Below, in pieces: positions 56,088 to 63,760 of a DNA stretch of 63,760 bases. The stretch's first letter is position 1. Every line of letters starts with the position of its first letter. The stretch is from a bacterium (GTDB lineage: Bacteria > Actinomycetota > Acidimicrobiia > Spongiisociales > JAHEDJ01), in the NCBI GenBank assembly GCA_024641325.1, contig JAHEDJ010000008.1, positions 1 through 63,760 of the forward strand, read 5' to 3'. Both the position numbers and the translations under genes were made by a program. The notes beneath the pieces were generated by a model. The model was not told the origin of the DNA. It saw only the letters and a program-made list of their open reading frames with translations, and did no database searches.

Positions 56088-57108
56088 AGAACGTGGCTGC
56101 CAGGCCGTAAAGGTCCTCGTCGACTCCTCTGATGGACTGGCAGGCGTCGGTCAACGGAACCGAGACCATCTTGTCGCTCTGCACGGCCACCATGACCTGG
56201 CTGTGGCCGGCGAGAGCCAGGTCGACCGCGGCTGCCCCGAACCGCGTACCGAGCACCCGGTCGAAAGCTGTGGGAGTTCCGCCCCGCTGCAAGTGGCCGA
56301 GCACCGTGACGCGTGTCTCGAAACCGGTCCTGGATTCCAGTTCGGGCGCTATCTGATAGGCAACTCCACCGAGCCGCTCGAATCCAAAAGCGTCGATGGG
56401 ATGGTCGACCGGCATGCCGGCTGGAGGTGCGACGCCTTCGGCTACCACGACCACCGAGTAGGTCCGGCCCTGCCGGTGGCGCCGCTTGAGAACCGCGGCG
56501 ATGTCATCCAGGTCGTACGCTACCTCCGGAATGAGCAACCCATCGGCGCCACCGGCTATTGCCGCATATGTGGCTATCCATCCCTTGGTTCTGCCCATCA
56601 CCTCGACGAGCATGATCCGGTTGTGGGATTCCGCAGTTGTGGCGATCCGGTCCACCGCCTCGGTGGCGATGCTGAGGGCGGTATCGAAGCCGAATGTGTA
56701 GTCCGTAGCTGCGATGTCGTTGTCGATCGTCTTCGGGACGCCGACAACCGAGAGACCTTCTTCAGACAGCTTCAATGCCGTGCGAAGTGTGCCATCGCCG
56801 CCTATCACGATGAGGGATTCGATGCCGTTGCGTTCGATGGTGCGGCGAACGCTCTCGTATCCGTCGCCGTGCACATACGGATCCATCCGGGAGGTGCCGA
56901 GGATCGTCCCGCCGCGCGACAGGATGCCGCGCACGTCGTCTCGATCGAGGGGCCGGGTGCGGCCGTTCATCAAACCTTCCCAACCGTTTTGAACTCCTAC
57001 GACTTCTGCGTCGTGGTGCTCGGTCGCCCGGCCGACGACTGCACGGATCACCGCGTTCAAGCCGGGACAGTCTCCTCCAGCGGTCAGGACGCCGATGACC
57101 CCGCTCAT
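56080..57108 (-). CDS. pfkA: 6-phosphofructokinase, ATP-type signature
   Basis: GGDCPGLN, GGTILGTSR, GGDGT, PKTIDND, VMGR and LGHLQRGG motifs. Confidence 0.9.
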   Translation of the reverse strand: MSGVIGVLTAGGDCPGLNAVIRAVVGRATEHHDAEVVGVQNGWEGLMNGRTRPLDRDDVRGILSRGGTILGTSRMDPYVHGDGYESVRRTIERNGIESLIVIGGDGTLRTALKLSEEGLSVVGVPKTIDNDIAATDYTFGFDTALSIATEAVDRIATTAESHNRIMLVEVMGRTKGWIATYAAIAGGADGLLIPEVAYDLDDIAAVLKRRHRQGRTYSVVVVAEGVAPPAGMPVDHPIDAFGFERLGGVAYQIAPELESRTGFETRVTVLGHLQRGGTPTAFDRVLGTRFGAAAVDLALAGHSQVMVAVQSDKMVSVPLTDACQSIRGVDEDLYGLAATFFN

Positions 57109-58256
57109 CAGTACAGGAACATCGGCTTGCCGCTCACGTGGCGCACCTTCGGCCGGTACTCGTGGCGATCGTATAGTTCGTCGACGTCGACCCGCTTGAC
57201 ACCTTCGGCGGTGACCGAGATGGGAACGCTGGTGTAGGTCCCGCCTCGCAGCGACACCATACGGCCGGTTGCGCCTTCCATTGCGAGGTCGGCTGCCATG
57301 ACGGCGTAGTTGATGGCCACCATCAAATCGAGGGAATCAGGACTACCCGACCGCATCAGGTAGCCGAGTCGTTGCTCGATGATCGAGATCCCGGTGCGCT
57401 CCTTGATGAGCCGGGCGGTCAGTTCGCCGATACCACCGAGCTTGCGATGGCCGTACGCGTCGGCCTCGCCGGTCTCGACGATGTCACCGCCGATCAGTTG
57501 CGCACCCTCGGAGATCGTGAGGATGGCGTATTTGCTCGGGTTCTTGGCGCGGTCCTCGACCAGATAGGCGGCCAGACGGTCGATGTCGAATGGGACCTCG
57601 GAGATGAGGGCGCGGTCCACGCCGGACAGGTAGGCCGTAACCAGGGAGGTCTCACCGCTGTTGCGGCCGAACAACTCGACGACCGCGATGCGCTCATGTG
57701 AGCCGGTGGCCGTGCGCAGATTCGTGATGAACTGAACGCCGCGGGTAATTGCGGTCGAGAAGCCGATGCAGTACTCGGTGCCGTGAACATCGTTGTCCAT
57801 CGTCTTCGGAATGGCGATTACAGGAAACCCCTCTTCGTGGAGGCGCTGGCCGAAGGAAAGCGTGTCGTCTCCACCGATAGGTATCAGCACGTCGAGTTGC
57901 TGATCTTCGAGCACGCGCAACGTGTGGGGCGTCATGTCATGCGGGCCGTCTCCGTCGATGCTCTCCACCAGGAAATCGGGCACATCCTTAGTTTGAACTC
58001 GCTGAGGATTCGTCCGGGACGTGTGCAGCATGGTCCCGCCGGTCCGGTCGATCGTCCGCACAACTTCTGGCGTCAGGTTGACGAAATGCCGGGAAGCGGA
58101 GTCGGGGTCCTCGGGATTGTGTCCCAGAACACCCGCCCATCCGCGCCGGATGCCGACGACCTCGTGGCCCTGGTCTGCAACGCGGTTCACTACCGCCTTG
58201 ATGCAAGGATTGAGGCCGGGTACGTCACCGCCGCCGGTAAGGATTCCGATTCGCAT
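57108..58256 (-). CDS. 6-phosphofructokinase, PPi-type signature
   Basis: [29 protein letters not shown] and LGYLMRSG motifs. Confidence 0.88.
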   Translation of the reverse strand: MRIGILTGGGDVPGLNPCIKAVVNRVADQGHEVVGIRRGWAGVLGHNPEDPDSASRHFVNLTPEVVRTIDRTGGTMLHTSRTNPQRVQTKDVPDFLVESIDGDGPHDMTPHTLRVLEDQQLDVLIPIGGDDTLSFGQRLHEEGFPVIAIPKTMDNDVHGTEYCIGFSTAITRGVQFITNLRTATGSHERIAVVELFGRNSGETSLVTAYLSGVDRALISEVPFDIDRLAAYLVEDRAKNPSKYAILTISEGAQLIGGDIVETGEADAYGHRKLGGIGELTARLIKERTGISIIEQRLGYLMRSGSPDSLDLMVAINYAVMAADLAMEGATGRMVSLRGGTYTSVPISVTAEGVKRVDVDELYDRHEYRPKVRHVSGKPMFLY

Positions 58257-58268
58257 AAGGCCCTCCCG

Positions 58269-59162
58269 TCAACTGCCTTGGTAGACGTCGATGAAGCGCC
58301 GGTAGTTGCCGGCGATCGAGGCGACTGCCTCGGCACGGCTCAGGTTCCCGTCTTTGAAGCCTTCCACTCCCGCCCACCAGATCGATCGGCCGATGGCGAA
58401 CCCTGCGTATCCGGGGACACCCGAACCCATCCGGAGCCAGTGGTCGACCTTCGCGTCGTCGGCTCCGCGTCCCAGGACGACCGCGATCACGTCATCGCGT
58501 CCGTCCGATCTAACGAGTCGCGACAGGAGCTCACAGCTGCGACGTCGATCGAGGCCCTCGATCTTCCAGATATCCGGCTCGACGCCGGCATCGAGGATTT
58601 GCCGGATCGACTGAAGGGTGAGATACGGGCGAATCTCGCTGTCGTAGTCCGCTCCCGACTCAACGAGGGAGAGTTGCTGCTCGGTCGCAGGTACGAGAAG
58701 TTCGAAGAGGTAGGTTCTGCCATTGTCGCGAAGCCAGTCTCCGAGACGCTTGAGCTTCTCGCCCTGGACGCGATTGTCTTCCGGATCATCATCAGGGTTC
58801 CAGCGCACGAGCACCTTTGCGAAATCGGCGTCGAACTCTGTGATGTGATCGCCGAATTCGTCCCCATACTCGAAGTCGAAGAGGGGTTGTCCGGATTTCT
58901 CAACCGGCATCGCCAGCCTTATCCCGCGTGCTTTGGCATCGCGTGCCACGTCGGCACCCATCTCTTCATCAACGAGAACGCCGACCAGCTCCGATGACAG
59001 GCCGTCGTCGACTGCCTTGAGAGCGCCTTCGTAGACGAGACGCTTGGCATCTTGCAGGGCGGCGGCTTCATCCGCCGTTTCGTCGCGGTCTGTGATTCCG
59101 AACATCTTCGACTTGAAGCTGCCCCGGTGGTCGAAGGCGAGGATGAAGAGCTCGTCACGCAT
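58269..59162 (-). CDS. Stand-alone DUF2090 (IolC-C-terminal / LacD-like) class I aldolase-domain protein
   Basis: LFILAFDHRGSF, PVEKSG, KVLVRWNP, FELLVP, PDIWKIEG, VLGRG and GFAIGRSIW motifs. Confidence 0.85.
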   Translation of the reverse strand: MRDELFILAFDHRGSFKSKMFGITDRDETADEAAALQDAKRLVYEGALKAVDDGLSSELVGVLVDEEMGADVARDAKARGIRLAMPVEKSGQPLFDFEYGDEFGDHITEFDADFAKVLVRWNPDDDPEDNRVQGEKLKRLGDWLRDNGRTYLFELLVPATEQQLSLVESGADYDSEIRPYLTLQSIRQILDAGVEPDIWKIEGLDRRRSCELLSRLVRSDGRDDVIAVVLGRGADDAKVDHWLRMGSGVPGYAGFAIGRSIWWAGVEGFKDGNLSRAEAVASIAGNYRRFIDVYQGS

Positions 59163-59263
59163 TTTGGGTTCTCCCTTGAGTGTTTGGAATCAGCTTTCAA
59201 TCGTAGCCGCGTGAGCTCCGATCGAGATCACGGATGTTTCGTGTTCGATTACCGTGGTCGGTC

Positions 59264-60091
59264 ATGGAAACCGGAACCGTCTGCTACCGACATCCCGATC
59301 GCGAAACACTGCTGGGTTGTGCCTCATGTGGGCGACCGATATGCCCCGAGTGTGCCTTCGACACGCCGGTAGGTCAGAAGTGCTTCGAATGCGCACGACC
59401 GGCCAACAAGCAGGTGACGGCACGCCAACTCATGAACCGTCCGACCCCCGTCGCTTTCGGTTTGATCGGGGTCGCCGTGCTGCTGTTCGTAGCGCCGCGC
59501 CTGATTCCCGGATTAGCGGATGCGACGGTCCCGTGGGCCCGGGATCTGATCGAGCAATATGCCGCGCAGGCGAACTGGCTGGTTGCAGACGGCGAGTGGT
59601 GGCGGATCCTCAGCGCGGCCTTCCTGCACGGAAGCTCGACCCATCTCTTGTTCAACATGTGGGCTTTGTACGTCTTCGGACCGGAACTCGAACGCCAGCT
59701 CGGCTCGGCAGCCTTCGCGGTCTTGTATTTGTCGACTGCCGCAGCCGGGGGAGCGGCGGCCTTCTTCCTCAGTGATGAAATCACTCTGCTCGTTGGCGCT
59801 TCCGGTGCCATTTTCGGGCTATTCGGCGTATGGCTGGTCGGGTCGTGGCGGGTTCGACACACACGAGCCGGTGCTGCTCTGTACAGGCAGCTGCTCGTGC
59901 TGCTCGGTATAAATGCAGTGTTCTCGTTTGCGGTACCCCGAATCTCCTGGCAGGGGCATCTAGGGGGTTTTCTGGCGGGACTCGTTATCGGATACCTGTG
60001 GGGATTGGTACCGCAGAAAACCGCTTCGAGTCGTGCCGGCATAGCTGCAGGTGTCGGGCTGGTCTCTCTGCTCGCCGTCATTCTGGCGTGA
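59264..60091 (+). CDS. Rhomboid intramembrane serine protease with N-terminal B-box-like zinc finger
   Basis: CYRHPDRET...C..C.RPICPEC, WWR, HLLFNM, GASG and GHLGG motifs. Confidence 0.93.
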   Translation: METGTVCYRHPDRETLLGCASCGRPICPECAFDTPVGQKCFECARPANKQVTARQLMNRPTPVAFGLIGVAVLLFVAPRLIPGLADATVPWARDLIEQYAAQANWLVADGEWWRILSAAFLHGSSTHLLFNMWALYVFGPELERQLGSAAFAVLYLSTAAAGGAAAFFLSDEITLLVGASGAIFGLFGVWLVGSWRVRHTRAGAALYRQLLVLLGINAVFSFAVPRISWQGHLGGFLAGLVIGYLWGLVPQKTASSRAGIAAGVGLVSLLAVILA

Positions 60092-60150
60092 CCGGCGACT
60101 GCGAATACAAGTCGACCCGGTGATGAGGCGATCGGGAGAGCGGCCGGCAC

Positions 60151-60159
60151 TGCTACAGT
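60151..60159 (+). promoter_or_regulatory. Putative extended -10 (TGc-TACAGT) upstream of dnaE
   Basis: TGn-TANNNT about 30 nt before the ATG. Confidence 0.35.
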
Positions 60160-60188
60160 CGATAATCCCACTGATGTAGTTCGGATCC

Positions 60189-63100
60189 ATGGCCCGCGAC
60201 AGCTTCGCTCACCTCCACGTTCACACCGAGTTCTCGATGCTCGACGGTGCGGCTCGTGTGAACGACCTGGTCCGTGCCGTCAAAGCTGACGGACAACCGG
60301 CGGTAGCGATTACCGATCACGGGGCTATGTACGGCGTTGTCGATTTCTACAAAGCGGCGACCGCGGTGGGTGTCAAGCCGATCATCGGCGTCGAAGCGTA
60401 TGTGACGCCGGGCAGCAGATTCGACCGTCCGGCTCGCGCTGAGAACGTTCGACACCATATGACGTTGCTGGCCGAGAACCAGGTTGGATATCGCAACCTG
60501 ATGCAGCTGGTCAGCAAGTCGTACCTCGAGGGCTATTACTACAAACCACGAATGGACCTGGACCTGCTCAGCCGCTACTCCGAAGGCATCATTGCCACGT
60601 CCGGATGTCTGGGCGGACATGTGCCGAGCCTCCTCGCTCCGGATGCTTCGCGTGAAGAGGGGAACCGGCAAATGACCCGGGACATGAACGGAGCCGTTGC
60701 GGCTGCCGCCATGTACCAGGATATCTTCGGCCGCGACAACTTCTTCATCGAACTCGGGGACCACGGCATCGAGGCGCAGCGGCGGATTCTGCCCGACCTG
60801 GTCGACATCTCCGCCAGGATCGGCGCACCTCTGTTGGCCGCCAACGACTCTCACTACATCACGGCCGAGGATGCCGCGGCTCACGATGTCTTGCTCTGTA
60901 TTCAGACCGGGTCGACGCTCGATGATGCCAGTCGGTTCCGGTTCGAAGGCACAGGTTTGTATGTCAAGACTGCAGAAGAGATGCGGAATCTCTTCCCGGA
61001 GGAGAGGTTTCCCGGCGCGACCTCGAACACGCTCTGGGTGGCCGAACGGGCCGACGTGGAGCTCGAGTTCGGCAAGATCCTGCTGCCGGTGTTTCCGGTT
61101 CCGGAGGGTCACACAGAACTGTCTTACCTCAGAGAGTTGGTGGAAGAGGGTGCCCGACACCGATACGGCGATCCACTTCCGGACGATGCCCGCGAGCGCA
61201 TCGAGCATGAGCTGCGGATCATCGAAGAGATGGGATTCCCGGCCTATTTTCTGATCGTCTGGGATCTGATCCGATATGCAAACCAGCAACGGATTCGAGT
61301 CGGGCCGGGTCGGGGCAGCGCTGCCGGCTCGATCATCGCCTACTGCCTGAAGATCACGGCACTCGACCCCCTTCAGTACGGCATGATCTTCGAGCGATTC
61401 CTCAACCCGGGCCGTCGCGAGATGCCCGACATCGATATGGACTTCGACGAGCGTTACCGGGGCGAGCTGATTCGCTATGCCGCGGAGAAATACGGATCCG
61501 ATCACGTTGCCCAGATCATCACTTTCTCGACGATCAAAGGAAAGCAGGCGATTCGCGACGCGGCGCGTGTGTTGGGACATCCCTACGGATTAGGTGACCG
61601 GGTGGCCAAGCTCATGCCGCCTGCCATTCTCGGCAAAGAGGCCTCCCTGGAGCAATGCCTGACACCGCCGCCGCCGGAGGCGGACGTAACCGTCAAGGAC
61701 TGGTATTCAAACGCTTCCGGTTTGCGCGAGGCGTACGAGGCTGAAGCAGAGGTCCGGCAGGTCGTCGACGCGGCGAAAGGCCTCGAGGGGCTGCGTCGCC
61801 AGGATTCCATTCACGCCGCCGCGGTGGTCATTGCTCCGGAGCCGCTGACCGGACTCGTTCCGATTCAGCAGAAAGGCGAAGGGTCGGAGATCGTCACTCA
61901 GTACGAGATGCACGGCATCGCCGACCTGGGACTGTTGAAGATGGACTTCCTCGGCCTCAGAACACTCGCCATCATCGAACGGACGCTGGAACTGATCGAG
62001 GGCTCCGGCGGCGGGTTGATCGACATCGACAATGTGCCTCTCGACGACGAGAAGACATTCGAATTGATCAGGGCGACCGACACGATCGGAGTGTTTCAAC
62101 TCGAGGGTTCCGCGATGCGATCACTCATCAGGTCCCTCCAACCCGACGTTTTCGACCACATCGTCGCCACCAACGCCTTGTTTCGCCCGGGCCCGATGGG
62201 TCAGAACATGCATTACGAGTACGCCGAGAGGAAGAACGGGCGGAAGCCGGTCGAGTACCCCCATCCGGCGACGCAGCCGTTCCTCGAGTCAACCTACGGC
62301 ATCATCGTTTATCAGGAACAGGTCATGCAGGTGGCGCGCGACATTGCCGGCTACTCGATGGCCGAGGCGGACAATCTCCGCAAGGCAATGGGCAAGAAGA
62401 TCAAGTCCGTCATGGAAGCCGAGAAGCAGAAGTTCGTTGAGGGATGTGCCGCGCAAGGGCACCCGGCCAGCCTCGGTAGGGAACTCTGGGACGCCATAGA
62501 ACCTTTCGCCGGCTACGGCTTCAATATCCCCCATAGTGCTTGCTACGCCTACATCGCCTATCAGACGGCATATCTGAAGGCGCATTATCCGGCCGAGTAC
62601 ATGGCTGCCATTTTGACGTCGACGAAGAAGGACAAGGACCGCACTGCGCTGTATCTCGGTGAGTCCCGCAGCATGGGTGTCGACGTTCTGGTCCCAGACG
62701 TCAATGAATCCGAAGTCGACTTCACCGTTCGGGACGGCAAGGTTCGCTTCGGGTTGTCGGCGGTCCGAAACGTCGGAGAGGGCGTCGTCGAGCGCATTAT
62801 CGAGGCCAGAGCCACCGGCGGGCCGTTCGTCGATTTTCAGGATTTTGCCGACCGGGTTGATGTCTCTGCGCTCAACCGCCGGACTGTGGAATCCCTCATC
62901 AAGGCCGGAGCGTTCGACGCGCTCGGGCTCACCCGGAAGGGCTTGATCCTCACTTTCGAACAGGTGCTCGAGTCGACGATTGCCCGTCGACGAAAGGAAG
63001 ATCTCGGACAGTTCAGCCTGTTTGGAGGACAGGAGGAGGTGTTCACAGAGCTCGTTGAGATTCCCGACGGCGAGTGGGACAAGCGAACGAAACTCGGTTT

Positions 63101-63695
63101 CGAGAAAGAGATGCTGGGCCTCTTCATCTCCGACCATCCGCTTCTCGGCATCGAGGGATTGTTGCGCCGGCAGACCACCTGCGGAATACCGGAGCTCATG
63201 GATCTCACCGACGGTGCTTCGATCATGGTCGGCGGTCTCGTATCCGGCATCAATCGACGTTTCACCCGCAAAGGCGATCAAATGATCTACTTCACGCTCG
63301 AGGATCTCGCCGGTTCTGTGGAGGTTGTGGCGTTTCCGCGCACCGTCAATGAGTTCGGGCCCTTGATCAGGGAGGATGCGATCCTGCTCATCAAAGGTCG
63401 CCTCGATCACCGCGGCGAAGATGTGAAGGTGATGAGCCATGCGATCGAGGAGCCGCAACTCGAACCAGACGGGGCGGTCACTCTCGAGATCCCGGCGCGT
63501 CTCCTCTCTGCCGAGAGGGTGAAGCAGTTGAAGGACGTCCTGGTCAACCATCCCGGACCGGCTCCGGTCTATCTCCATATGACCACCGATACCGGCCACA
63601 AGGTGCTGAAGCTCGGTGACGATCATCGCGTGGAACCGCGCTCAGATCTCTATGCCGAGTTGCGCGAGTTGTTCGGCCAGAAGGCGATTCTTTGA
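60189..63695 (+). CDS. dnaE: DNA polymerase III alpha subunit
   Basis: PHP motif HLHVHTEFSMLDG, GRGSAAGS, FERFLNP, PDIDMD, KMDFLGL and an OB fold. No intein-sized insertion. Confidence 0.97.
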   Translation: MARDSFAHLHVHTEFSMLDGAARVNDLVRAVKADGQPAVAITDHGAMYGVVDFYKAATAVGVKPIIGVEAYVTPGSRFDRPARAENVRHHMTLLAENQVGYRNLMQLVSKSYLEGYYYKPRMDLDLLSRYSEGIIATSGCLGGHVPSLLAPDASREEGNRQMTRDMNGAVAAAAMYQDIFGRDNFFIELGDHGIEAQRRILPDLVDISARIGAPLLAANDSHYITAEDAAAHDVLLCIQTGSTLDDASRFRFEGTGLYVKTAEEMRNLFPEERFPGATSNTLWVAERADVELEFGKILLPVFPVPEGHTELSYLRELVEEGARHRYGDPLPDDARERIEHELRIIEEMGFPAYFLIVWDLIRYANQQRIRVGPGRGSAAGSIIAYCLKITALDPLQYGMIFERFLNPGRREMPDIDMDFDERYRGELIRYAAEKYGSDHVAQIITFSTIKGKQAIRDAARVLGHPYGLGDRVAKLMPPAILGKEASLEQCLTPPPPEADVTVKDWYSNASGLREAYEAEAEVRQVVDAAKGLEGLRRQDSIHAAAVVIAPEPLTGLVPIQQKGEGSEIVTQYEMHGIADLGLLKMDFLGLRTLAIIERTLELIEGSGGGLIDIDNVPLDDEKTFELIRATDTIGVFQLEGSAMRSLIRSLQPDVFDHIVATNALFRPGPMGQNMHYEYAERKNGRKPVEYPHPATQPFLESTYGIIVYQEQVMQVARDIAGYSMAEADNLRKAMGKKIKSVMEAEKQKFVEGCAAQGHPASLGRELWDAIEPFAGYGFNIPHSACYAYIAYQTAYLKAHYPAEYMAAILTSTKKDKDRTALYLGESRSMGVDVLVPDVNESEVDFTVRDGKVRFGLSAVRNVGEGVVERIIEARATGGPFVDFQDFADRVDVSALNRRTVESLIKAGAFDALGLTRKGLILTFEQVLESTIARRRKEDLGQFSLFGGQEEVFTELVEIPDGEWDKRTKLGFEKEMLGLFISDHPLLGIEGLLRRQTTCGIPELMDLTDGASIMVGGLVSGINRRFTRKGDQMIYFTLEDLAGSVEVVAFPRTVNEFGPLIREDAILLIKGRLDHRGEDVKVMSHAIEEPQLEPDGAVTLEIPARLLSAERVKQLKDVLVNHPGPAPVYLHMTTDTGHKVLKLGDDHRVEPRSDLYAELRELFGQKAIL

Positions 63696-63697
63696 GA

Positions 63698-63726
63698 GCG
63701 GCCGTTGGCAATTGGCCATTGGCCGC
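63698..63726 (+). terminator. GC-rich hairpin just after dnaE
   Basis: GCGGCCG.TGGC-AATTG-GCCA.TGGCCGC; no U-tract. Confidence 0.4.
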
Positions 63727-63760
63727 GCATTCGTGACGATCGAATCTGGTATTCGAATAT

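Noticed and set aside
60189-63695. Intein in DnaE
   Set aside because: The length (1168 aa) is ordinary and no splice-junction motifs are seen.

Overview
This is a high-GC, densely coded chromosomal segment that looks actinobacterial, possibly Acidimicrobiia (inference). The assignment rests on an MPEGHT-type Nei, an Rv1830-like MerR regulator, DUF3040, a TGase-DUF58-MoxR block upstream of mraZ, sepF without ftsA, and an inverted ileS followed by dksA-like, lspA, rluA and dnaE. Most of the window is housekeeping: a STAND-type adenylate cyclase, alaC, glgP, rlpA, ltaE, a FAS-II operon (fabD-H-G-acpP-fabF), dinB, the dcw cluster from mraZ to divIVA (lacking murF, ddl and ftsA), ileS, two pfk genes and dnaE. 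I see no CRISPR array, rRNA, tRNA, transposase or prophage. The best leads are: (1) a tight operon of a stand-alone DUF2090 class-I aldolase with one PPi-signature and one ATP-signature phosphofructokinase; (2) a ~5 kb variable block between moxR and mraZ with a catalytically degenerate serine-recombinase domain divergent from an HNH nuclease, plus secreted proteins; (3) candidate MerR-family cell-division operators (FtsR-like before ftsZ, McdR-like before a secreted protein); (4) an mraW-like RNA hairpin that buries the rsmH start codon; (5) a 60-bp-period tandem hairpin repeat after fabF. All family calls come from recognising motifs by eye; no database search was run.
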